Positions 1-9,984 of a stretch of 64,000 nt of DNA are shown here, one piece after another. A program made the translations under genes and the position numbers. The stretch lies in assembly GCA_963798485.1 (NCBI GenBank), contig CAWCTR010000005.1, forward strand, positions 70,718 to 134,717, read 5' to 3'. Within the stretch, counting starts at the first letter, position 1; every line of letters begins with the position of its first letter. Source of the stretch: an uncultured delta proteobacterium. GTDB taxonomy: Bacteria > Desulfobacterota > Desulfomonilia > UBA1062. The notes beneath the pieces were generated by a model. That model was not told the DNA's origin, made no database searches, and saw only the letters and a program-made list of their open reading frames with translations.

Positions 1-312
1 GAAGGCAAGGATGTCTTACTGGCCTTTGAGCATAATGACCCAGCCCTCCCCATCATTGTCGGTGCGTTGCATGAAACCATCCAGGAAATCACTGAAGAAC
101 GGCCCCTGGTGCTTGATGTGGACAAGTCCGGGCACGTCACGCTCAACGGACGCGAGGTAGATGTGCAGGCCGAGGAGCAGATGGTCCTTCGTTGCGGCAA
201 GGCCAGCATCATCCTGACCCGGGCCGGCAAGATCCTCATCCGGGGGACCTATCTTTCGCACCAGTCTACCGGGGTGAACCAGATCAAGGGAAGTTCGGTC
301 AAGATCAACTGA
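1..312 (+). CDS. DUF6484-family T6SS-associated protein, 5'-truncated by window edge
   Basis: Frame open from base 1 (EGKDVLLAFEHNDPALPIIVG...); C-terminus LRCGKASIILTRAGKILIRGTYL...NQIKGSSVKIN typical of the family that precedes DUF2169. Confidence 0.75.
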   Translation, partial: EGKDVLLAFEHNDPALPIIVGALHETIQEITEERPLVLDVDKSGHVTLNGREVDVQAEEQMVLRCGKASIILTRAGKILIRGTYLSHQSTGVNQIKGSSVKIN

Positions 313-326
313 TCTTGTAGGATACC

Positions 327-1448
327 ATGGAACTGCTCAATGCGACACAGATGCAGGCCGGTTACACCATGGGCCTGGACCCTGACGGCCGTGAGCACCT
401 GGTGGTGGTGGTAAAAGGCACGTTTGCCATCCCGGCAGACGGCGGTATACCGGAATTAGCCGAAGAGCAGGTGCCCCTTGTCATGGCCGACGAATATACC
501 GGGGAGCCCGGCCTTTCAGCCCCGCACTACGAGTCGGACTTTGCCCCATTCAAACCCAAGTGTGATGTCCTGCTCCATGGGAGCGCCTTCGCACCCGGGG
601 GAAGACCTGTTGAACGGCTCACCGTGAGTCTTTCTTTGGGCACGTTCGAAAAACATTTTGATGTGTTGGGTGACAGGTTCTGGATTTATTCTTCCAGGCC
701 CAGCGAGCCCATGCCTTTTCAGGTTATGCCCATCGGATATGACCGGGCCTTTGGCGGGGTGGATATCGACAAGCAAAACCCTGAAAACGTAATGGCCTTC
801 GGTCCGAATCCTATCGGGGTGGGGTATCTCCCCTGTACGAAAGAAGATGAAGTGAAAGGTAAGGTGCTTCCCAATACCGAGGAAAGGGGTATCCCGATCA
901 CGACGCGGGAAGGGCCTTACAGGCCCATGTCCTTCGGTCCGGTGGGCCGCAATTTTTCATCGAGGTATATCCTGGCCGGGACCTATGACCAGAACTGGCT
1001 GGACAATGTCTTCCCGTTCCTGCCGGCCGATTTCAACCCGCTCTATCATCAGAGCGCGCCTGCTGACCAGCAGATTGCCTATCCCAAGGGCGGAGAGGCA
1101 GTGCTCCTGGTCAATCTGAGCCCGGCGGGCCGCATCAGCTTCAAGCTTCCCACACTGGGGGTTCCGGTCGAATTCACGCCGCGTTCGCTGGAGCGTACCA
1201 CGCACCAGGCAGTGCTGGACACAATCCTGATCGAGCCGGATCTGGGCCGGTTCATGCTGACCTGGCGCGCCTCCACCCCACTGAAAAGGAACATGCTTGA
1301 GATGGCCCAGGTCGTGGTGGGCCGCATGCCCAGGGGCTGGTACCGGGCGCGCGAGCTGGGCAAAACCTATTATCCCTCGCTCGCGGACCTGGTGCGTTCC
1401 CGGCGGGCAGAGGCGGCCGAAGAAACTCAGGCCGAAGCGGAAGCATAG
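327..1448 (+). CDS. DUF2169 T6SS effector adaptor/chaperone
   Basis: Motifs VVVVKGTF, YESDFAPFKPKCDVLL, AGTYDQNW, SAPADQQ, LDTILIEPD; upstream of a PAAR-like effector. Confidence 0.92.
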   Translation: MELLNATQMQAGYTMGLDPDGREHLVVVVKGTFAIPADGGIPELAEEQVPLVMADEYTGEPGLSAPHYESDFAPFKPKCDVLLHGSAFAPGGRPVERLTVSLSLGTFEKHFDVLGDRFWIYSSRPSEPMPFQVMPIGYDRAFGGVDIDKQNPENVMAFGPNPIGVGYLPCTKEDEVKGKVLPNTEERGIPITTREGPYRPMSFGPVGRNFSSRYILAGTYDQNWLDNVFPFLPADFNPLYHQSAPADQQIAYPKGGEAVLLVNLSPAGRISFKLPTLGVPVEFTPRSLERTTHQAVLDTILIEPDLGRFMLTWRASTPLKRNMLEMAQVVVGRMPRGWYRARELGKTYYPSLADLVRSRRAEAAEETQAEAEA

Positions 1449-2462
1449 ATGCTGCAGCTTGCAGTCATCGCCTCCGGTATGGTCACCCCCGTGGGATTCA
1501 GCGCGAAGTCTTCATGCGCCGCCATGCGGGCGGGAATCGATGGCGGGGCCGAGACGCGCTTCATGTTCGACGGCCAGTGGCTGACCGGTTGCCCGGTACC
1601 CTTTGAAGAGAACTACCGCGGCCGGGAGAAGCTCGTCCGGATGGCCGTCGGCGCGATTAAAGAATGTATGGACGCGGCCGGCGATATACCCAGCCATGAG
1701 ATCCCGCTGCTGCTCTGCCTGGCTGAGCCGAATCGTCCCGGTGGTTGCACCATGGCGGATGCATCCCTGCTGGAAGAGGTGCAAGAGCGCCTGGAGATCA
1801 GGTTCCATCCTGATTCCCAGGTAATCTCACAAGGCCGGGTAGGCGGGGTGAAGGCCCTTGAGTTTGCCGATAGTTTGCTTAAAGCCCGCCGGCCCCTGGT
1901 GATTCTGGCCGGGGTGGATTCGTTCCTCAATACCGCCACCTTGAGTGCTTACCATGCCCTGGGCCGCCTGAAGACAGAGGAGAACAGCGACGGCTTTATC
2001 CCTGGCGAGGCAGGCGCTGCGGTCCTGTTGGGTGTGCCCGGCCGCAGGGCAGGTCCTGAGCTGTACTGCCTGGGGACCGGCTGGGGCAAGGAGCCCGCCT
2101 TCATCGGCTCGGAGAAACCGCTGAAAGCCGACGGCCTGGTGCAGGCCGTCCGACAAGCGCTCAAGGACAGCGGCTGCACCTATAAGGACCTGGATTACCG
2201 CATTACGGATATAAGCGGCGAGCAATACGCGTTCAAGGAAGCCGCGCTTTCCTTGTTGAGAACCATGCGCACGCTCAAATGCGACTTCGATTTATGGCAC
2301 CCCGCCGAATACATCGGAGAGGCCGGTGCTGTCATCGTGCCGGTGATTCTGGGGACCGCGCTGGCCGCCGTGCAAAAGGATTATGCCCAGGGCCCGGGCG
2401 TGCTCTGTCATGTAGCTGCTGACACTGAAGATCGGGCGGCATGGATTGTGCGATACCGTTAA
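1449..2462 (+). CDS. T6SS-associated beta-ketoacyl synthase-like protein (PRK06147-like)
   Basis: GMVTPVG...SCAAMRAG, GVDSFL, DGFIPGEAGAA, DISGEQYAFKE, HPAEYIGEAGA; conserved position between DUF2169 and DUF4150. Confidence 0.85.
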   Translation: MLQLAVIASGMVTPVGFSAKSSCAAMRAGIDGGAETRFMFDGQWLTGCPVPFEENYRGREKLVRMAVGAIKECMDAAGDIPSHEIPLLLCLAEPNRPGGCTMADASLLEEVQERLEIRFHPDSQVISQGRVGGVKALEFADSLLKARRPLVILAGVDSFLNTATLSAYHALGRLKTEENSDGFIPGEAGAAVLLGVPGRRAGPELYCLGTGWGKEPAFIGSEKPLKADGLVQAVRQALKDSGCTYKDLDYRITDISGEQYAFKEAALSLLRTMRTLKCDFDLWHPAEYIGEAGAVIVPVILGTALAAVQKDYAQGPGVLCHVAADTEDRAAWIVRYR

Positions 2463-2471
2463 GGAGTTAAG

Positions 2472-3764
2472 ATGGGCAATGAAGTTTATGCCAACGGACG
2501 CGAAGTAGCGTGCAAGGCCGCAGATGGCAAGTCCATTTGTGCCTTTCCTGACGTGTGCTTCACACCGCCCCAGACACCGGTTACCCCACCCGGGGTACCC
2601 ATCCCCTACCCGAATACTGGATTGGCCTCGGACACCACGGATGGCAGCAAAAGTGTGAAGATCTCCGGCAAGGAAGTCATGCTGAAGAACAAGTCTTACT
2701 TTAAGAAAAGCACTGGCGACGAGGCCGGCTGCGCGCCAAAGAAAGGTGTAATAACAAGTAAGAACACAGGCAAGGTCTTCTTCAATGTCTGGTCCATGGA
2801 TGTCAAGATAGAGGGAGAGAATGCTGTCAGGCATCTGGATTTAACCACCCATAATCATGCTTCTGTGCCGGGCGATACCCCAACTTGGCCATATCTTGAT
2901 AAGATGAGTGTAGCAAAAGCCACAGGTCCATGCAAAGATGAGATTAAAAAAGAAAAGAAAGCCTGTGAAGGTTGCAAGCCCGATGGTGATAAGGATCCAT
3001 GCCCGGAGCATAACCCACCCAAACAACCTGAAAAGTATAATAAGTATGTTAGGTCTTTAAAGGGAAAGGGCTTGTCAAAATCCGAGACAGAATCATTGGT
3101 CAATAAAGAGAAAGTGAAACCATATTATCAGGAACACAAGAAAGACGTTGAAAAATATTATGACGATCTTTCAAAAAAGAATTCCAATAATGAATGTCTA
3201 AAGGCCAGACGCTGCATGCTGCAACCTTACAGTCCTAAGCGATGTTGTCCCGGGCAAACAGCGCATCATTTAGTCGAAGCTGGATGTTTTTTTGATGTCG
3301 GTAGGGGTGGTGATAATTCAACCCCACTTGCAGGTTCTAAGTACGATACCGATAAAGCACCGTGCATATGTGTTGAAGGACCAAACAATACCATGGGCAC
3401 GCATGGCTTAATGCATTCATTGCAAGGATATGATGCAATTCAAAATCAGGATGAAAACGGCATCTTGAATTTAGCCAAAGGTAAAAAAACTCAAACAGGA
3501 ACCGTAACGTATGGTCAGTCAAAGGAGTCCGGCGTAAATGCGGTAAAGGATGTATTTCCAGAGTCGGAATGTTCTGAAGAGTGTTTAAAGGCCCAGCTTG
3601 ATGCTTATCATAACAAAGTTGGTGTAGATGATTCGACAAACATCAGGTCAAATCCTAGCGGAAGAACTAGTGAGGAAGATGTATTGGCAGCAAGACAAAA
3701 GATCGAGAAGCTTAAACAAGAAGTTGTGAATAAGAAAAGCATCACAAAATTAAAAAGAAAATAA
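2472..3764 (+). CDS. PAAR-like (DUF4150) effector with C-terminal Tox-GHH2/HNH-type nuclease domain
   Basis: N-term VYANGREVACKAADGKSICAFPDVC..PIPYPN; C-term GQTAHHLV...CICVEG...GTHGLMH; RBS AAGGAG; GC falls in the toxin half. Confidence 0.88.
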   Translation: MGNEVYANGREVACKAADGKSICAFPDVCFTPPQTPVTPPGVPIPYPNTGLASDTTDGSKSVKISGKEVMLKNKSYFKKSTGDEAGCAPKKGVITSKNTGKVFFNVWSMDVKIEGENAVRHLDLTTHNHASVPGDTPTWPYLDKMSVAKATGPCKDEIKKEKKACEGCKPDGDKDPCPEHNPPKQPEKYNKYVRSLKGKGLSKSETESLVNKEKVKPYYQEHKKDVEKYYDDLSKKNSNNECLKARRCMLQPYSPKRCCPGQTAHHLVEAGCFFDVGRGGDNSTPLAGSKYDTDKAPCICVEGPNNTMGTHGLMHSLQGYDAIQNQDENGILNLAKGKKTQTGTVTYGQSKESGVNAVKDVFPESECSEECLKAQLDAYHNKVGVDDSTNIRSNPSGRTSEEDVLAARQKIEKLKQEVVNKKSITKLKRK

Positions 3765-3865
3765 CCATAACGCATATTAGCTGTTAGTAATAGAATAGGA
3801 TCCCATTGAAAATATGGGAGCACGAAAGGAAAGATAGTTGGAAAAATAATAATAGGAGATGCTCT

Positions 3866-4765
3866 ATGGCTGGGCACTGGACAGATGGATTTAGTTATTC
3901 GAGAGGCATTATATTTAGGCAGGATGAATTATATTTTATATTAACGAAAGATGAACTTGCTGGTGATAGTATTCCACATGCAGTTATTGCGGTTAACACA
4001 AAAGATGGATGGGATGCGATAGAAATTGAATATAATTTGGTGGGTATTGCTGTCGCTGAACACCCCAAGAAGGAAATTGTATTCATAGGAGAACATGGAC
4101 AAGTTGAAGTAATTGATGCTGATGAATTATATAATGAGACTATTATCGATGATAAAAAGACACCCAAAAAATTGGGTCCTATGCGACAAGTGCGAGCCAT
4201 CGATGGATATGCACATGCTGTTGGCATGGGAAATCAAATTTATAAACGTATTAATATAAACATATGGAATAGTATATCTGATGGAATAAATACAAAAAAA
4301 AACAAAATTCATTTTGAATCGATAGACGGCTTCTCTCCAAGCGATATATATACAGTCGGAAGAGGTGGTGAAATTTGGCATAACGATGCAAAAGGCTGGA
4401 AACGAATTGATTCTCCCACAAACTTCATACTGACAGATGTTTGTTGCGCTGGAGATGGCAGTGTCTATGTATGTGGAAGATTGGGAATGTTGATAAAGGG
4501 CAGAAACAATAGATGGGAAATAATTGATCATGGATCTACGGTAGAGGATTTTTGGTCGCTTGCCTGGTATAAAAACAAGCTTTATATTTCGACAACAAGC
4601 GCTCTATTTACGCTTGAGGAAAGTAACAGCTTGAAAATTGTGAATATGGGCGATGATATCCCTTCAAGTTGTTACCATGTCAGCACAGGGGATGGAATGT
4701 TATTATCTGTGGGACGAAAGGATGTGATGATTTTTGACGGAGAAGAATGGGAACGGATCGATTAA
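3866..4765 (+). CDS. Beta-propeller-like protein, candidate immunity protein
   Basis: ATG 3866 follows AGGAG; repeated blade motifs (AVGMGNQIY, TVGRGGEIW, VCGRLGML); low GC like the toxin tip; directly downstream of toxin. Confidence 0.65.
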   Translation: MAGHWTDGFSYSRGIIFRQDELYFILTKDELAGDSIPHAVIAVNTKDGWDAIEIEYNLVGIAVAEHPKKEIVFIGEHGQVEVIDADELYNETIIDDKKTPKKLGPMRQVRAIDGYAHAVGMGNQIYKRININIWNSISDGINTKKNKIHFESIDGFSPSDIYTVGRGGEIWHNDAKGWKRIDSPTNFILTDVCCAGDGSVYVCGRLGMLIKGRNNRWEIIDHGSTVEDFWSLAWYKNKLYISTTSALFTLEESNSLKIVNMGDDIPSSCYHVSTGDGMLLSVGRKDVMIFDGEEWERID

Positions 4766-4786
4766 ACAAATTCAATCGAAGAAAAC

Positions 4787-6026
4787 ATGCAAACTAATAT
4801 TAATGTAGTCACCCAGCACGCTGAAAATGCGGCCTTTCAATGGTTACTACGCGATCAGGCCGTGGGCCAGCCGCACTATGCATTGAAAGACCTTGCCAAG
4901 CTTGATGCGATGGTAGAGGCACATATCGACGGCCTGCGCATCGCCGGGGATGCCGGGTGGGATATCTGCCTAGATCATCTGACTTTTGAGCATGCCGGAG
5001 AGGTGTTTGCCGTTTCCATGCTTGCCTTTGAGACCGGCGATCAGTAACGGATCGATAAGGCCCTTGAATGTCGGCGCCGAATCAGCCGAGCTGTCCCGCG
5101 GAATCATATCAGCCATGGGCTGGCTGCCGCTGGAAAGTGTACTCCTCTACATCCAGGCCTTTCTTAAATCCGACGATCCCATGCTCCAGCGCATCGGCAT
5201 CGGTGCTTCGGCGGTTCACCGATATTCACTGGCTAACCTGGATAAGTTCATGATGAATGACAGCCCGCTGGTTCGTGCACGAACGCTGCGCATGGCAGGG
5301 GAACTGGGTTATGTGCGATATGCCGGGAATGTTGCGCAGGCGCTGGATGACCCTGATGACACCTGCCGTTTCTGGGCCGCATACTCCAGCGTGCTCATGG
5401 GCAGTCTCACTGGTGCTGTGAAACTTCGAGAAGTTGCGGAGGCAAACGGACCGTTGGCAGAACGGGCAGCTGACCTGGTATGCAGGTGCATGCAGCAAGA
5501 GGATGCCATGGCTTGGCAGAAAGTCTTGTCAGGCAGCAAGGATACTCTCAGGAGCTCATTGAAGGCGGCCGTCGCCATCGGCGACCCGGTGATCATGCCC
5601 TGGATCATGGAACAGATGCATAACCCCGAAATGGCAAGGGTTGCGGGTGAGGCCTTCACAAGCATCACCGGCGTGGATATTGCCTATAACGACCTGGAAG
5701 GTGAATTACCCGAAGGTTTTGAAGCAGGGCCGAACGACAATCCTGAGGATGAAAATGTGGCAATGGACCCGGATGAAAATCTGCCATGCCCTGCCCCTGC
5801 ACTGATCGCTAAGTGGTGGGGGGAGAACCAGGGGCGCTTCAAAGCGGGTAAGCGTTATCTGCTCGGCAGGCCCATTGCTTTAGATACGGTCCAGGCTGTG
5901 CTCCGAGAGGGTAAGCAGAGGCAGCGGGCCGCGGCGGCACTCGAGATGGTGCTGCTCTCTCCTGCTCAGCCTCTGTTTGAGGTGCGAGCCAGGGGCGATC
6001 TCCAGAAGCGGGCGCTGGGAGTATAA
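4787..6026 (+). pseudogene. TIGR02270-family (HEAT-repeat-like) T6SS-associated protein, split near 5045-5070
   Basis: N-part QHAENAAFQWLLRD..VEAHIDGLRIAG and C-part ARVAGEAFTSITG..QRQRAAAALE are in different frames; TAA at 5045-5047 plus a +1 shift; could be a sequencing artefact. Confidence 0.8.
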
Positions 6027-6084
6027 GATAGACCCCATCAAAGAATATATCCAGGGATGCCGGTTCGCAGGATTGCTTTCCGGG

Positions 6085-6256
6085 ATGACGGCTTGGATCG
6101 GTGCTCTGTTCCTTGTTTTCTCGTTCGCTATCTTTTTGTTATCCCTGAAAGACCATATGAAGTGGTAATGCCATAGCGAGCACAACCCGTCTTAAGGTCG
6201 CGATCATCTTCACCCTTGTAGGCCTCGGCCTGATCTTTTTGCAAACCATCATGTAA
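6085..6256 (+). CDS. Small two-TM membrane protein, apparent +1 frameshift near 6163
   Basis: MTAWIGALFLVFSFAIFLLSLKDHMK continues in +1 frame as GNAIASTTRLKVAIIFTLVGLGLIFLQTIM*. Confidence 0.35.
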
Positions 6257-6313
6257 ACCCGTATTCTGCTGAACCCGACAAGTGTCGGCTCCCATTATCA
6301 TGGAGGTTCCCTT

Positions 6314-7851
6314 ATGAAGAAACCCATTTCTTTCGGGTCCATCGGATTCGAGCTGGTCTCCTCCCTGGAGGAGGCAAAGGTCGCCCCTGATCCCGGCGAA
6401 CCCTTCAGGATCTGCGTCCTGGGCGATTTCAGCGGCAGGGCGAGCCGGGGCGTCAGGGAATCTCTAAAGACGAGGAAAACCATAGCCGTGGACAGGGATA
6501 ACGATCGATGATGTGATCCAAAAGGTAAAACCCAGGGTTGTTTTCGATGTCCTTGATCAGGAGATCGATGTCTCCTTTGAAAGCCTCGACTCCTTTCATC
6601 CCGATGAGCTCTTCACCAGGATCGAGCTGTTTCGGTCCCTCAAAGACACGAGGAGAAAACTCGGTGACCCCAGGACCCACAACGCAGCACTGAAAGAGCT
6701 ACGCATCCTGATCGGGGGGGAAGAGGCTCAGGAAGCGCCCAAGGCCAGGGCGCAGGAAAAGCCTGAGGCCCCCAAGGGCAATATCCTTGACCGGATCGTG
6801 AGCGATACCCAGGAAGGGACCCTGGAGAAATCCGGCAGGACCGGCAGAGGGGATCTGGCCGATTTCGTGGAAGCGATCGTGAAGCCGTACCGCGTAGCGG
6901 CAAAAGACCCGTCCGAGGACCGCATCAGGGAGGCGTTCGATGCGTACATTTCCCTGCTCATGGCAGAGGTTCTCCATCATGAATGCATGCAGGGAATTGA
7001 GGCTGCCTGGCGCGGGCTTAAATTCCTGGTCTTCAGGGCAGAAACCGACGAGGACCTCGATATCCGGCTCCTGGACGTTTCAAAGGAAGAGCTCGCCGAT
7101 GATCTGCTCTCAGCCGATGATCTCACTGAGACCGACACTTACCGGCTGTTTGTCAAAGAGCCGGTCTCATCGCCGGATGGGAAGCCCTGGGCGGTACTTA
7201 TCGGGAACTACGCCTTTGACTACGATGACGCGGAAGTCCTGGGACGCATGTCCAAGATCGCGGCAGCAGCAGGGGCCCCATTCATTGCCCGGGCCCACCC
7301 CCACCTGATGGGCTGCGGGTCATCGAATGATCAGGCACGCCCTGATTCCTGGGACTACACGCCCGGTGCGGATGCCGGGCAGGCATGGGATGCCCTACGG
7401 AATCTTCCCGAGGCAGTGTATATCGGCCTCGCCGCACCCCGGTTTCTGCTGCGCCTTCCCTATGGCCGGGACACCGACCCTGTGGAGGTCTTTGATTTTG
7501 AGGAGACAGCCGGGGAATTTGCCCATGAGCATTACCTCTGGGGCAACCCTGCATTCGCGTGCGCATGCCTGCTGGCAGGGGCCTTCAGCCGGGAAGGGTG
7601 GTCCATGATCCCCGGGCGTTGTGAATGACATTGAAGGCCTCCCGCTCCATTCTATAGAGGTAAACGGAGAATCCCGGCTTACGCCGTGCGCCGAGATCCT
7701 TCTCACGGACAAGGCCGCCCAGGCCATTCTCGATCGGGGTATCATGCCCCTTGCCACCATCAAGGGAACGGATTCAGCGCGGCTTGTCCGTTTCCAGTCT
7801 CTGGCCTTGCCTTTGGCAGGATTACAAGGCAGGTGGGAAGGCAACTACTGA
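6314..7851 (+). CDS. T6SS sheath protein: TssB-like N-terminus fused to TssC-like domain (two apparent +1 frameshifts near 6503 and 7620)
   Basis: PFRICVLGDFSG..AVDRDN..SFHPDEL (TssB-like) then VLHH..IEAAWRGLKFLV, AAAAGAPFIA, PRFLLRLPYG, YLWGNPA (TssC-like); three ORF pieces join by removing single bases. Confidence 0.82.
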
Positions 7852-7963
7852 ACCTGAATTTCATCGGCATAAGCTATTCATCGGTCATTGCGAGCATCGC
7901 ACAGCGGTCGTGGCTCGCTGTTATCCATGGAAGAAACTTTGCGCAAGCCTTACAGTTCGGGTG

Positions 7964-8074
7964 CCCCTCTTTTTTAAAGAGGGGACAGGGGAGATTTGCC
8001 TTTTCCCCCACAATGTCCCAAATTTGGAATGTGCATTCAAATCCCTCCTGGCCTCCCTTTACAAAAGGGAGGGA
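7964..8074. repeat. Inverted pair of REP-like hairpins
   Basis: CCCCTCTTT-TTT-AAAGAGGGG..GGGGAGATTT and AAATCCCTCC..CCTCCCTTT-ACA-AAAGGGAGG. Confidence 0.6.
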
Positions 8075-8151
8075 CTTGGCAGCACGATCCAGCCCCCATA
8101 ACTGTCATTTTCTAACCTAATGATATTACCAACTTTAATCAAGTTTCTTAG

Positions 8152-8409
8152 GAGGAGCCTAAGGCGACGTGGACAAATATCTGCAGAAAAGCAGAAATTG
8201 ACGCATCGAAGGTGCACCCTTCAGGGCGAAGGCCATGGAAGACCCGAGTCACAATTCGGCAGGATAGCTGAGTTGGACACACTTTACATGCGCCCAAAGG
8301 GCGAGGGATGAGGATATCCGAGTCAATCTCTACAAATCTATAATGTGCCAAGATGCAGGGATTGCTTCGCTACGCTCGCAATGACCAATATAGGGTTATG
8401 CAAAGGTCT
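8152..8409. mobile_element. Partial copy of the MITE at 10956-11097 with a ~150-bp insert
   Basis: GAGGAGCCTAAGGCGACGTGG (8152-8172) and CAATCTC..TGTGCCAAGATGCAG..GCTCGCAATGAC..TAGGGTTATGCAAAGGTCT match the second copy; left end missing. Confidence 0.7.
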
Positions 8410-8427
8410 TAACCGGTAAACAACTAG

Positions 8428-9927
8428 ATGAGCAGTGAAGGGAAACAGCCATCTGTAAAGAATACCCCGGCCATGCTTGTGAAGGTGATCAGGGGCCAGG
8501 CGCGGGAATCGGAGAAGCGCTTCACCGGCACCTTCCTTGTGGGGAGGACCAAGGAATGCGACATTCAGGTCAAGGAGTCGTCCGTCAGCCGGAATCATTT
8601 GCAGATCTCATTCGACAATAAGCAATGGCGGGTGAAAGACCTGGAAAGTGCAAACGGAACCTTCCTGAACGGCGCACGGATACTCGATGAATTGCTGCCT
8701 GATCATGCCCAGGTCGAGCTCGGCACCGGCGGCCCTATCCTGGAGCTTACCATCGAGAGGCCTCAACCCCCCAAGGCCGAGGAGACCTTGAGCACCACCA
8801 GGGACTTCACCTCGGAGACCCAGATCATCAAGCACTATTTCGACAAGAAGGGTTCCGAAGACATCGGCGAACAGACCCTCATGTTCAGGCGCGCCTTCGA
8901 TCGGGCGCACAAGAAGAAATCGAAAAAGTATCTCTACATTATCGGTGCGGTGGTCGGTGTTGCCATTATCATCCTGGGCATTACGGCCGGGGTCATTCAC
9001 CATCAGAAACAGGTCATTTCCCTCCAGAGACAAAAACTCGATTCCTTAAGAAAAACTGCTGAAAACATCTACTATGCCATGAAATCCCTGGAGGTCCAGA
9101 TCGGACAGCTGGAAGACATTGTCATCCTGAACGCCAAAGCGGATCAGATAAAAGACCTCCTCGAAAAACGTAAGCAGCTTGCTGAGATGTCAAAGCAATA
9201 TGATAATTTTGTATCAGAGATAGGGGTTTATAAGAAGTCACCCGTAGAAAAGCAGATCATTTTCAAAATGGCGCGCGTCTTTGGCGAGTGCGATGTCAAT
9301 GTGCCCGATGGCTTTGTACGGGAGGTGCTTCGCTATATCGGCATATGGAAGTCATCAGGGCTGCTGAAGGAGGCATTGTACCGGGCCGAATCGAGAGGCT
9401 ATACGCCTGTAATAATCAAGGCAATGAAAGAGAACAACCTCCCGCCGCACTTCTTGTACCTGGCTTTACGCGAGAGCGATTTCGATCCAAAGGCAGTCGG
9501 TAAATACACCAGGTATGGATATGCCAAGGGGATCTGGCAGTTCATCCCGGAGACGGCGCAGCATTACGGACTGAAGATCGGCCCGTTGTATCAGCAAGGG
9601 GTGTATGACCCGTTTGACGAACGGTTCCAGTTCGAAAAGGCCACCATGGCTGCGGCAAGGTATATCAGGGACATCAACAACACCGAGGCCCAGGCCTCAG
9701 GGCTGCTGGCAATGGCATCTTACAACTGGGGAGAGAACAATGTCAGGGAAATCATCCGGAGAATGCCGGAAAACCCCCGCGACCGCAATTTCTGGCGTCT
9801 TCTGAAAATTGCAAAGGTCCCGAAAGAGACATATGATTATGTTTTCTCCATCTTTTCTGCTGCGGTTATCTGTGAGAATCCCGCGTCTTTTCGGGTTTGA
9901 CTTTGACGCCCCGCGAATACTCGATTG
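8428..9927 (+). CDS. FHA domain - TM - coiled coil - lytic transglycosylase (SLT, MltD-like) fusion
   Basis: FHA (GR, SRNH, DLESANGT); TM YIIGAVVGVAIIILGITAGVI; SLT (LALRESDF, GIWQFIPETA, ASYNWGE, ETYDYV); natural end NPRLFGFDFDAPRILD* needs removal of one base near 9882. Confidence 0.85.
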
Positions 9928-9984
9928 AAATATAATCAGGTTAAAAAACAAGGGCCCTTGCGCACAAGCTATGAGGGGCACTGA

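Noticed and set aside
6500-7625. Programmed ribosomal frameshifting in the sheath gene
   Set aside because: No slippery sequence at either break, and the same +1 pattern occurs in unrelated genes
8170-8260. c-di-GMP-I riboswitch-like ACAAA..GAAA..GACGCA
   Set aside because: Stem pairing is poor, the second hairpin consensus is absent, and it lies within nested repeats
7686-8351. ORFs of 63-144 aa in the sheath-FHA intergenic region
   Set aside because: They are translations of REP/MITE sequence with no protein motifs
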